The position numbers and the translations under genes are program-made. A stretch of DNA of 39,962 bases from Octopus sinensis (Eukaryota). Below the pieces are notes generated by a model, which ran no database searches, was not told the DNA's origin, and saw only the letters and a program-made list of their open reading frames with translations. This document shows, piece by piece, positions 20,590-31,724 of the stretch; position 1 is the stretch's first letter; each line of letters begins with the position of its first letter. The DNA lies in NCBI RefSeq assembly GCF_006345805.1, contig NW_021835388.1, positions 1 through 39,962 of the forward strand, read 5' to 3'.

Positions 20590-22600
20590 CTATCACATTT
20601 TCATAGAAATCTTCTCTTTTCATCAATTCTTGTAATAAATCTTTTTCAATTGACATTAGTGCTAACCCAGACAGTCTTCTTTCTCCTGTCGCATTTCTTT
20701 GGTATGTTTTAATTCTACTTAATGCAGAAAAGGATCACTCTACAGAAGCAGTGGTAGACGGAATTGTCAAAATCAACTTGCACAGATTGAAGAGTTCTGG
20801 CATAGCTTCAACAAGATCACTGCTGTTAATGTAACTCATTAAATGACTTACACTTGGTTTTTTAAAATCTTTCATTGAATACATCACATTGAGCTTACAT
20901 AAAAAATTTGCCATAAGTTGTTCTTAAAGAATCTAAAGAGTCCACAGGAAATTGTTTGCAATACTCATCAACTTTGTTGAAATTCAAAAGTTCCATGAAA
21001 TTAAACTCTTCTAAAGATGAATATTGTGCTTTTATTTGGTCAACTATTGTACTGATAATTTTGTTATAAAGCATTCTATAATGTCGTTGGGGATCAATAG
21101 ATATATTCTTGGATCTCTGAATTCCGATTCCTGCATCGGCTCCATATTTTTCCCCTAACCTATCATAAAAGATTGAAAAATTATCAAGTTTGTTTTCGAG
21201 TACAGTTCTAGTTTTATCTATTTGCTCTTTACAATACACTATGTCATGACTTTTACTCTGGAGTATGTGAAATAAGACGTCAGTAAAAGAAAAAATGTCA
21301 CTGAATACTTCTAACAAAAATAAGACATCAGGAGCTTTTAAAGTGTGTAAGAATCCAATTGCTGAATTTATGGTGGTATCATCCCATGCTTCAGGATTTT
21401 CAATGATGTGTTCAAAAAGGCTGATTATGAAATTATAATTTTCCTTTGTGGTAATAATAAGACGTGAGGAGTAATTCCATCTAGTTGCTGTTGCTTTCGG
21501 AAATCTTTTTTTAACAATGTTATCTAATGCATTAGCCCTTTTCGGTAATTTCGTAAAAAAATGTACCGAGTCCTTTTATTGTAGAAAAATATCTTGCATT
21601 CTTTCATAGCAGAGCATGATTGTGAAAGAACTAAATTTAGGATATGGGCACAACAACGAATAAAGATCGCACATTCATATTTCTTTCTTACTTTTGCCTG
21701 TAACCCATTTAGTTGTCCTGCCATTGTAGCGTCACCATCATATGTCTGTGCAATCAATTTGTTTCCACATTCCCACGTCTCAATGCATTTAAAAACATGT
21801 TCAGATAAAGCATTTGCAGATCGATCTGCACTAACATCACTAAAACCGATAAATCATTCTTTTGTCACACAGTCTTCTGTAACATAACGTAAAACTGTTG
21901 ACAGTTGTGAAGATGCTGAGACATCAGATGTCTCATCAACAAGAATAGAAACAAACTTAGCTTGGTCAATTTCCTTCTGCATCTCATTCAACATAACTTT
22001 ATGAATTGCTTCGATCAAGTCATTTTGAATTCTGTTCGACAGACCAGTGAAGATAGAAGCTGTATCTAGATGACTTTCCATTTTCTTGTCATATTTACTG
22101 ATCAAATAAACGAGTTCTTTATAATTTGCACGATTATTAGAGCTTTCAGATTCAAAATGACCCCGAAACGATAATTCCTGGAGGCCTAAAAAAATAACAA
22201 CATCGATCAATCGTTGCAGAATGGATCTGTTTCGTCTAACTTTCTCATTATGATGTATGCTTTGATTTTTACGTGCATCTAATTGTAAGTCTATGCGAAC
22301 ATTCCCGAATATTTTAAGGTCTATCAACATTTTATATGCCTTTGAGAACGCTCGTGCTTTAGCATAGCCATATGTAAATTATTTAAATAATCATAGCCTT
22401 TATCATTCCAAACATTTTTTTCTAAGCCAAAAAGTAAACACGGCCAACAGAATAATTTATTAAGAGCAACACTTCCAGTTAACCATTTCTTCTTTTCATA
22501 TGATTAACCTGAAATTGTCTCGTGAATTTCTTGTAGCTTCGCAAATTAGGTAAATTCGGTGTGGTCTCCCACCATTTATAATTAATTATAGGAAGATCCT
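20590..22600 (-). mobile_element. hAT-superfamily transposase fossil (ZMYM1-like: TTF zinc finger, DUF4371-type region, hATC dimerisation domain)
   Basis: KWLTGS..LFCWPCLLF; LQELSFRGHFES..NRANYKEL; SILVDETSDVS..QLSTVLRYV; YDGDATMAG..GLQAKV; LILTIPSTTASVE*SFSAL..RLSGLALMSIEK. Broken by stops and frameshifts; TIRs not found. Confidence 0.9.
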
Positions 22601-22714
22601 CATGAGACGACGGACGAAGGTTGCAAATCGTCTCAACCAACATCCCAAAACTAGCGAAACGTCCTGCCTAAAAACAACACTGATGGAGATCGAAAAAGGC
22701 TACAACAATCCTAT

Positions 22715-23976
22715 GTGAGGGAGAAAGCAAAGAAGCCTGGTTATAAAAAACATTAATCAAACCCAAAGGCCTTCTTTCATTACGCGAAAGAACAGTCTCA
22801 GTGCACTACAAGATGGACCCCTCCTCCAAAAGGATGGCTCCCTCACAGACAGTCCAACTAAGATCAGTGAGATGCTGAATGACCAGTTCAAAAGTGTCTT
22901 TACCACCCCGTTGGAACACAGACAAGTGAACGAACCAGTGGACTTCTTTGCCGCCTCACCTATAACCAGCGAGGCGGTTACAATAGAATGTATTGACATT
23001 AGCGAAGATGTCCTACTAGCCATAGATGAAGTGGACACAAACTCAACTGCTGGTCAAGTTGGTTTCCCAGCTATCCTCCTCAAAGCGAGTAAGCATGCCC
23101 TGGCAAAACCCCTCAAGATTCTCTTCCAGAGCTTTCTTGCGAATGGCAAACTGCCAAGCAAGCTGAAGGAGGGAATAATATGCCCAATACATAAAGGGGG
23201 AAGTAGAGCAGATGCCAAAAACTATAAGCCTATCTCTCTGACTTCACACATCAGCAAAGTCATGGAACGGATAGTCAGAAAAAAACTAATCGCATTCCTT
23301 GAGGAAAATAACTTGCTGAGTGATACCCAGCATGGTTTTCGACCAGGTAGGAGCTGCCTGAACCAGCTCTTACAACATTATGACTGGGTGTTGAGGCCGT
23401 TACTCAACAAATAAAATGTGGACGTAATCTACCTAGATTTTGCAAAAGCTTTTGACAAGGTGGATCATGGTATGATATGCCACAAACTGTGTGACCTCGG
23501 CATAGCTGGAAAACTTGGAGTGTGGTTGCATGACTTCCTGAAAGATAGGAGTCAGGCAGTAGTGGATAATGGAGCCACCTCTATGAACACACAAATAGTG
23601 AGCGGTGTCCCACAGGGCATTGTCTTGGGACCACTGCTTTTTATAGTGGCCCTCTCAGATATGCCCTCAAATGCCCGGATAGCCACTCTGGCAAGCTATG
23701 CAGACGATACGAAAGTCTCGCAGAAAATACAGAACCCCAGCGATGTTGCACACCTGCAGCAGGAGTTGGACTCAATCTACAGATGGGCTGAGGATAATAA
23801 TATGCAGTTTAATGCTGAAAAATTCCAGGCCCTGCGCTACCAGCATCCAAAACTGAATATTAAACTTACAGGATACACCGGTCCACAGGGAATTTCAATC
23901 CCAGAGCCTAAGTCTGTGAGGGACCTGGGTATCGACATGAGTGAAGATACCTCTTTCCATGATGGCGACAAAGTGC
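22715..23976 (+). mobile_element. CR1/L2-group LINE RT fragment, truncated at both ends
   Basis: ORFs 22872-23414 and 23418 onward: [67 protein letters not shown]. Confidence 0.95.
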
Positions 23977-24090
23977 CATATATATATGCATATTATATAT
24001 ATATACATATATATATATACATATATATATACATATATATATATACATATATATATATGTATATGTATATATATATGGCATTTTGTCGCC

Positions 24091-24154
<64 letters not shown>

Positions 24155-24170
24155 ATATATATAATACATA
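23977..24170. repeat. (TA)n tract containing an inverted copy of the LINE break end
   Basis: 24067-24092 is the reverse complement of 23962-23987 (25/26). Confidence 0.9.
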
Positions 24171-24174
24171 GATA

Positions 24175-24310
24175 CTTGCGCCAACAAAAAACACCCAACT
24201 TCAGGATTTTCCCCCTCTACCAATTTAGGGACGATACAACCTCGAGACAACGAATAAGTAAAGAAAATCTCTTTATTACAAAATACAAGCCACTTCTAAC
24301 GGGTCTACGA
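24175..24310 (+). mobile_element. Probable Penelope-like element C-terminal (GIY-YIG end) fragment
   Basis: Frame reads [35 protein letters not shown], resembling the R..KE..FI.K.KP.LN end of GIY-YIG domains. Confidence 0.5.
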
Positions 24311-24429
24311 CAAACAATTAATATACCTCAACTTTAGAATAAAAGAAATATATACACACACAAATATTACACTCCATAGAATCCATTACTAATCAGCCCC
24401 ATCACAGCTATACTTTCACACCATTCATA

Positions 24430-24635
24430 TTCTCCCTTCTCTGTTTCTTTCTTCTTCTTCTTCCTCTTCTTCTTCATCATCATCATTATCATCATCATCG
24501 TCGTCATCATCATCACCACCATCATCACCATCATCTTCTCCTTCTCCTTCTTCTTCTTCTTCTTCTTCTTCTTCATCATCATCATCATCATCAACATCGT
24601 CATCTTCTTCTTCTTCTTCTACTTCTCCACCTTCC
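24430..24635. repeat. (CTT)n/(CAT)n trinucleotide tract
   Basis: Directly visible; source of the poly-E/D and poly-M/K ORFs. Confidence 0.95.
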
Positions 24636-24955
24636 ACCCCTTAACCTTGTCACTAATGTCTTTCAGTATACGCCTACGCAAATTCCATAAACAATTCCTG
24701 AATTGAACTGCGACTACTGTCAGCCACTGACCATTCAAAATACGACCATCAAGGCATTCCCAGATTCCCCACCCCTCTCCACATCAGCCTCCTTATTCTT
24801 CACCTACCCTACCAAGAACTCACAACGACCCCGAACACACAAGTGCAAACAAGGGAGTCAGAGAAAGGCAGAATGCTACTTATATCTGAACACTACTATA
24901 GAAATATTCTTTTAAAAAAACTTTTCTTCAAATTTTTCTAAGTTTAATTATTTAA

Positions 24956-25007
24956 TCGTTACAGTTGAAAAGGTCTCAAAATGACCGAAACCGGTACTGA
25001 AAGATTC
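24956..25007 (+). ncRNA. Degenerate minimal type I hammerhead ribozyme (PLE pLTR remnant)
   Basis: CAG-TTGAAAA-GGTC(tcaaaat)GACC-GAAA-CCGG-TA-CTG. Stems I and II and the palindromic stem III are intact; the core differs from CUGAnGA at 2 positions. Confidence 0.55.
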
Positions 25008-25054
25008 ACTATAAAATTATCTTAGCATTTTCTATTTTTGACTTGTTTTTTTTC

Positions 25055-25103
<49 letters not shown>

Positions 25104-25142
25104 ATATATATACACGTGAAAGAAGCACAAGAATGGATTAGT

Positions 25143-25231
25143 TTTTAGTACAATTGTTTCATACAAAGACAGGCTTTATTAAAAGTTGCAAAATTGCAGC
25201 AGATAAAGTGTCCCGTACTCATCAGCTAAAA
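25143..25231 (-). ncRNA. Type I hammerhead ribozyme with extended helix II and palindromic stem III
   Basis: Minus strand: TTTTAG-CTGATGA-GTAC-(50 nt)-GTAT-GAAA-CAATTG-TA|CTAAAA. 6-bp stem I, full core, predicted GUA cleavage after 25149. Confidence 0.8.
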
Positions 25232-25384
25232 TACATATGAGTTCTCCAAACATCTTAGTGGGTGAGGCTATACTCATGAAGTATTGGAGATAATTTCATT
25301 AAAAGCAGATTTAGGTTGCAAACAGATTTCCGAAGTTCCTTAATGATGATGCACAGTCTTATCACAGGTTTTTAAAAAAAGCTT

Positions 25385-26109
25385 CCGGCCAGTCCTCTCT
25401 GAGGATCTCTTTTTGGATCGATTTCCAATCTGCTTTGTGGAAGTTCAGATTGGAGAGATTTCGGGTGCTTCCTAGAGGCTGTATGTCTCTGGTTACTTTT
25501 GCCCAAACATAGACAGCTCTATTATGTTGTGATCTGAACTAATGTCGGTGTCACTTTCACATCATGAATGATGTCCATATTGTTCGTGAAGCAGAGATCC
25601 AGAATGTTATTCACCCTAGTTGGTTTGAGTACAACTTGCTCCATGAATAAGGCGTTGGTGAGGTTGAGCAGGGACTCCACCTGTACTTGCTTGCAATGAT
25701 TCATTCCTGAGAGTATGAGACCTTCGGGCCATTTGACGTTGGGGAAGTTGAAATCACCCATAAGAAATATGCTCACGTGGTGTTCCAGATTCATGAGTAT
25801 TTCTTTAATTCTTGTGAGGCAATCTTCAAACTTGCCTATGTGATATGGGGCATCCGGTGGGCAATATGTATTGCATATGACTATATTATGTTGTCTTATG
25901 TATACAATTAAAGTGTCACATACCGAATTTGAGTATGTCATTAAGACCTGGGGTGTGAGGTCATCTCGAATGTATACAGCAACTCCACCATGGCTCCTTT
26001 CCCTTCTGTCTGTTTGCAGTATGGCATAGTTTGGTATGTGTACTTCTGCGTCCTCTATATCAGGGCTGAGGTGAGTTTCCACGAGTGCTATGCATAGGGC
26101 TTGATTGCA
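25385..26109 (-). mobile_element. CR1/L2-group LINE APE endonuclease fragment
   Basis: ORF 25522-26082: ETHLSPDIEDAEVHIPNY..DRRERSHGGVAVYIR..MGDFNFPNVKW..PTRVNNILDLCFTNN; homologous to 9880-10520. Confidence 0.93.
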
Positions 26110-26174
<65 letters not shown>

Positions 26175-26278
26175 GTATATATATTATATTATGTGTATAT
26201 ATATATTTATATATATTTTTTAAAGGTTGTACGTTTGTAAGAGTCTAGTTTGAATTGATATATCGGTTCCATTCTAGC

Positions 26279-26324
26279 AAAACGTCTGATGAACGGCAAC
26301 GAGAAACTCAGAGTAACAGATTTT
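26279..26324 (+). ncRNA. Minimal hammerhead ribozyme in the 5' pLTR (1-nt deletion in stem I)
   Basis: CTGATGA 26286-26292, stem II CG-GCAA-CG, GAAA 26303-26306, stem III ACTC-A-GAGT, GTA site ending at 26315. Confidence 0.65.
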
Positions 26325-27109
26325 GTTGAATTTTCTGCTGCTTTAAATAAAGCATATTACTCTACCACTGGTATTTGAGTACTCTTTTTTCCACCTTGTT
26401 TCACATTATGTGTTTACTCCGGTGTTAACCCGCTCCTTATAAAAGTTTGAGCGACTCTGCACAAGTAGGAAGAACAAACAGCTGAAAAAGATGGAACTTT
26501 ACCCCGCTGGATTTTTCTCAGAAAAATATACCTATCCCTGCACGGAAGCAATATCTCAAAGGTCTTATAGAGAAACGGAAGAGTTTATTCGAAGATTGAG
26601 ATGGAAAGCCTTCTTCTTTGATACTAACAGAAATAGAAGGAAACAATATTGATTTAAATCTCCCAGAAACCCGCCACCTATTCCGGAATTAGAAGCCTTC
26701 GAGAAAGACCTTTTCGAGCTTATTAGGAAAATTAATTTCCGCAAATATACCAACGAATTACAGAGAAATATGAGAGAAAAAATTAAGGAGATTAATAACT
26801 CGAATAAGATCTTCGTTAATTCTGATAAACAAGGAACTTATATGCACTTGATAAGGACGTTTATAAGCGCCTGATTTCGAATAGTGTCACAGACACATAC
26901 AAAAAAGATAACACGAATATATACAAAGAGGTGAACTTAGAAGCAAGAGGAATAGCTAACGATCTTAAGATTAGCGATAGGATTGAATATATTTCACCAC
27001 GACCAGCTTTTATTCTCTGAAAGACCATAAAGCCAATTTTTAATAGAAACCCCAAATGTAGATTGATAAATCCGGCTAAAACTGAGATAGGAATTATTAG
27101 CAAAATATT

Positions 27110-28108
27110 TTGGACCGTATTTTAGCTAAGTTAGATAGTGAAGTAGACTTGAGAATTTGGAAGAATAGTAAGTCAGTCATAGAGTGGTTTAAAGGTATTA
27201 GCTATAAGAATAATTGTAGTTTCACACAATTCGACATTATTGACTTTTACCCGTCAATATCTAGGACGTTTCTCCTAAGGGCATTGGACTTCGCCAAGCA
27301 GTATGTCAATATCGATAGCTCGGAAATTGATATTATTATGCATGCGAGGAAATCGCTTCTTTTTTTCGAGGATTCCACCTGGATTAAGAAGACTGAGGAC
27401 TCTCTTTTCGATGTACCGATGGGAGCATACGACGGGGCTGAGTTATGTATGCTCATAGGAGCCTTTATTCTCCATAATCTAAAAATAGAATTCCCATTTA
27501 TAGATGCAGGTTTATATAGGGATGACGGCCTTATAGCCACGCATAATCTAAACGGCCATGAATCAGATAGACTTATTGCTTTCTTTCAAAGGATGGGCTT
27601 ACGGGTTACAATAGATGCTAACCTGAATAGTGTAGATTTTTTAGACGTAAATTTTAATGTAAGGTCGGATAGATTTAAACCTTTCCGTAAGCCCAATGAA
27701 AAGCTATCGTATATTAGCAAAGATTCGAACCATCCACCAGTTATCCTTAGGAACTTAGTCAGCAATGTAGGTAGAAGAATATCTTCAATTTCTTCGGACG
27801 AGGCAGCATTCCATAATGCTGCACCTTATTACGATAGCGCATTAAAGAATAGTGGATTCTCTGAGAAGATCCAGTACAACCAGCTTAATGCTGGTAATAA
27901 TGCTGCACGAAGAACTAGGACCAGGAAAGTTTTGTGGTTCAACCCGGCTTTCAATTTGGCCGTAAGGACTAATATAGGTAAGGAATTTTTGAGATTAGTC
28001 TCTAAGCATTTTAAGCAGGGTCATAAATTCTATAGGATATTTAATAGAAGAACCCTGAAGGTTAGCTATTCTTGTTGCAGAAATTTCGCCTCTTACATTA
28101 GCGCATAA
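27110..28108 (+). pseudogene. Longest intact RT segment of the Penelope-like element
   Basis: 332-aa ORF containing the PLE RT motifs FDIIDFYPSI and YRDDG. Confidence 0.9.
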
Positions 28109-29719
28109 TAGGAAGCTAATTGAAATTAGACATGGTGCCGAGCCCATTAAGAAATGCAATTTCAAAACGAAAACTCCTGTCCGTTAGAAGGGAAATGTCT
28201 AGTGAAAGGAGTAGTTTATAGAGCCAAGTGCAAGTAGAAGGCTCATCAGAATACATACATACACAGGGGCTTCAGAAAATTCATTTAAAACACGATTTTA
28301 TTCACATAAAAATTCATTTAAATACCCAGAGAATAGGATGAGGACCAGCCTAGCAAAATATGTCTGGGAACTAAAAGAAAAGGAAACCTCACCTTTCAAC
28401 GTGACATGGAGCATTCTGGACAGAGCGGCACCATACAGGAATGGAGCACACAGAAATAATTTTAAATGCAAGCTTTGCCTATTAGAAAAAATGTACATTT
28501 TATTCAAAGACAATAATTCTTTGAATCAAAGAAGTGAGCTAATGAACTTATGTAGGCACGCAACCAAATTTAAAATGTCAAATATAAATATACCACATGG
28601 ATAGAGTATATATTTTGTATTTTTGATTTTTGAAATTTTTATTTTGACTCTTGAACTAGTTATGTAAACGCGACGATGGATTTGTTTCGCGCTATGCAGA
28701 TTTCATTCCGTATAGCAAAGTCTTATATTTCTACATATACATTAGGAAAAACCTTCGACTTTGTTTATTTCATGTTATTGTATTGTATAGGATTACCTTG
28801 ATTTTTAATTTATAGATGATCCAAAATAGGGTGTTATATTTTATATGTCTTTCGTATATTTTTCATTATTGCACCCACCTTTTTTTAAAAAGCAATGTTG
28901 TCAAAAATTAGAATTTTGATATAAGTATGTGTAAGCCATGGATATGTATTTGTAAGCATGCGTATATGTGTATGTGTAGTGAGCGTATGTTTGTGCTTAA
29001 GCACACATATACACGACTGTATGTGTATGTATCCATTCGAACTTGTGTATTTGTATACTTGTCTCCATATATGTCAATAACGCGGTTACATAGCTTGTAT
29101 ACATAATTTTTCTTATTTCGTTTTTTCCCCCACCCCTCCTTTTTCTTTTTTCCTTCCCCCTTCTTCGTTCCTTTTTCTCTCTCTTCCTTTCTTTCGTTTT
29201 TTTCTCTAACTGATACTGATACAACTTTACGTCCCTCTTACTTAAGCTTTACTCAGTAAATGAGAATCGCTACACCGATGATTTTAACTTGCGTGCGAGA
29301 TAGATTGCGGACATATATGTATGAATGCATTTGTGTGTATATTTTAGATTTATATTTATACGTCTGTATATGTATGGCGTTTGCACGCATCCTTCTGTGT
29401 ATGTTGATATATATATGTACACTTTAATATAAATATGTATTGTAGTGTAATATTGGTAATAAGTTTTAATTTCTATGCATTAATTATACTTTCTTCATTA
29501 ACGTCAATATGTATTTTATTCAATGTAAGGTTTTTTCCTCGAATTTTATAATTTTTATAATTTTTTATATATATATACATATATTTTTGAGCTTTTTTTG
29601 TTTATCGCTCGAAGATTGACCGTTATTTCTAAAGGGCCAATCAAACAAGTCCATTTTTTTTAAAGGTGTAGCGTTTGTAAGAGTCTAGATTGAATTGATA
29701 TATCGGTTCCATTCTAGCA

Positions 29720-29766
29720 AAAACTGTCTGATGAACGGCAACGAGAAACTCAGAGTAACAGATTTT
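29720..29766 (+). ncRNA. Minimal hammerhead ribozyme in the 3' pLTR
   Basis: AAAACTGT-CTGATGA-ACGGCAACGA-GAAA-CTCAGAG-TA|ACAGATTTT. Stem I is CTGT/ACAG plus AAAA/TTTT; predicted cleavage after 29757. Confidence 0.72.
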
Positions 29767-29959
29767 GTTGAATTTTCTGCTGCTTTAAATAAAGTATATA
29801 TATTTATATATATATATGTATATATATATTTATATGTATATTTATATATATATGTATATATATATATACATTTACATATATATATAAATATTACATAATA
29901 AGTATATGCATACATACATATATGTACATACCTACATACATATGTATACATACATGCAT

Positions 29960-30450
29960 ATATGGGTACAGGACATCAAAGAAACACGAACAAAAAGAGA
30001 AAGAGAACATAAAAAACATAGAAAATGAACATTTTTTTGAACAACGAAACAAATAAGTATTGAAACGGGACAATCATCATAACATTCCCTTCATCAGTTG
30101 TCCATTGATTTATCTACTCCGCGTTTCAAAGGTAGGGACATGACGCAGCTTCGTTAAAAATGTCCTTCTTGCAAAACAATTAAATAAAATTTGGGATTTT
30201 TTGCGGAGGGTGAAAGTGGTAACAAAAACAGGACAGTGAGAACAAAGTAGTAAAAACAAACGGTGAGGGCTGTTAAGTCAAGACAGTGTGAAGTGGTGAA
30301 TGCTGGAAAAACGAGCTTTGAGAAGAAACAGGTAAAAGCACATCGTTTTTAGGAAGGAAGTGGAAGAAAGAAAGAAAGATGGATAACTGTTGGTCATGTG
30401 TGAACAAAAAGAGAGTCAAGGAGGAAGAGTGAGAGAGAGAGATACAGGGA
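29960..30450. repeat. Unclassified repeat-like purine-rich segment
   Basis: Sharp TA-tract boundaries and distinct composition; recalled as an octopus repeat, unverified. Confidence 0.3.
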
Positions 30451-30500
30451 ATATATATATATATTACATATATATATATGTATATAATATATATATATGT

Positions 30501-30855
30501 GAAGGCGCATGCTCAAGTGGTTAGAGAGTCGAGTTTACGATCGTGAGGTTGTGAGTTCGAATCCCGGACTGGGCTGCGTGAGGTGTTCTTGAGCAAGACA
30601 CTTTATTTCATTTGCTCCAGTTCACTCAGCAGTAGAAATGAGTTGCGACGTCACACGTGCCAAGCTGTATCGGCTCCTTTGCTTTTCCCTTGGATAACAC
30701 TGGTGGCGTGGAGAGGGAAGGCCAGTATGCATGGGCGACTGATGGTCTTCCATAAACAACCTTGTCCAGACTTGTGCCTCAGACTTGTGCTTGGGAGGGC
30801 AACTTTCTAGCTGCAATTCCATGGTCAGTCATGACCGAAGGAGGTCTCAACAAGA
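30501..30855 (+). mobile_element. SINE-C (tRNA-derived head with A and B boxes)
   Basis: A-box-like ctcaagtggttaga; B-box gttcgaatcc at 30555-30564; followed by ttcttgagcaagacacttta and a non-tRNA body ending ..tcatgaccgaaggaggtctc. Confidence 0.85.
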
Positions 30856-30940
30856 ATATATATATATATATATATTCTTGTTGAGAATATATATATATAT
30901 GTATATAACAAAGGGGTACCGCACGAGTGGAATTATATAC

Positions 30941-31143
30941 GAAAGAAGGTTTGAAAATGCAATTTTAAAAGATGTTTATTTACTTTACCAGTTTCACACT
31001 TTGGAAAAAAAAGAGCATTTTGTAACAACCAATAATTAACGCAACCAAACTTCTACCAGTTACTTTTGACAATCTTTTTCCAAAGAGTGAAACCGGTAAA
31101 GTAAATAAACATCTTTTAAAATTGCATTTTCAAACCTTCTTTC
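30941..31143. repeat. 69-bp inverted repeat pair (67/69) with a 65-bp spacer; probably inverted PLE pLTR ends
   Basis: 30941-31009 versus 31075-31143. The right arm carries GAAA-CCGG-TA-AAGT with upstream ACTT-TTGACAA, a decayed hammerhead layout. Confidence 0.8.
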
Positions 31144-31233
31144 ATATATTATTGTATATATATATATTCTTGTTGAGACCTCCTTCGGTCATGACTCTCT
31201 CTAGCACAACACTTTCCTATTTGGAAGCCTCTT

Positions 31234-31275
<42 letters not shown>

Positions 31276-31299
31276 ATATATATATAATATATATATATA

Positions 31300-31348
<49 letters not shown>

Positions 31349-31379
31349 TATATATATGTATGTATATATATACGTATGT

Positions 31380-31590
31380 GTGTATATGTTTGTGTGTGTG
31401 GTTTCTCCCCCCACCATCACTTTACAACCGATGTTGGTATCTTTACATCCCTGTGACTTAGCGGTTAGGCAAAAGTTACTGAAAGAATAAGTACTAGGCT
31501 TACAAAGAATAAGCTCTGGAATCAATTGCTTGACTAAGGTGGTTCTCCAGCATAGCCACAGTCAAATGACTGAAATAAGTAAAAGCGATA
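31380..31590 (+). mobile_element. SINE-A 3' half
   Basis: acaaccgatg..gtgacttagcggtt..aagtactaggcttacaaagaataag..ggtggttctccagcatagccacagtcaaatgactgaaa. Confidence 0.85.
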
Positions 31591-31724
31591 CAAGTATATA
31601 ATAAATACAATTTATGTATATGTATAATATATATATATATTTAAATATACACATATATAATATATATACAGATATATATATATTATATATTTATATACAT
31701 TATATACAATAAAGAAAGACGATG

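Larger units (their letters stand above)
26215..29797 (+). mobile_element. Penelope-like retroelement (RT + C-terminal GIY-YIG) with direct pseudo-LTRs, inactivated
   Basis: ~140-bp direct repeats at 26215-26355 and 29655-29797; ORF remnants ~26490-28604 with RRLRWKAFFF, FDIIDFYPSI, PMGAYDG, YRDDG, VDFLDV, then CPLEGKC..VVY..TG..FKTRF..H and CKLCLLEK..LNQRSEL..CRH; both ends abut (TA)n. Confidence 0.93.

Noticed and set aside
20895-22330. Domesticated ZMYM1-like host gene
   Set aside because: The reading frame is broken repeatedly, with no splice sites bridging the lesions; it fits a dead transposon.
24367-24637. Poly-E/D and poly-M/K ORFs
   Set aside because: Translations of (CTT)n/(CAT)n tracts; no flanking splice or coding evidence.
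29605-29655. ctcgaaga-ttgacc..ggccaat-caaac as another decayed hammerhead
   Set aside because: Both core halves are altered and stem I is not evident; too degenerate to call.
30085-30140. Minus-strand GAAAC..GTA..CTGATGA as a permuted hammerhead
   Set aside because: I could not form stem I or a stem II adjacent to the core; a covariance-model search would be needed to rescue it.
30501-30575. tRNA-like sequence with A and B boxes (also heads at 14361, 18570, 37833)
   Set aside because: No clean cloverleaf or acceptor stem, and each continues into a repeated SINE body.
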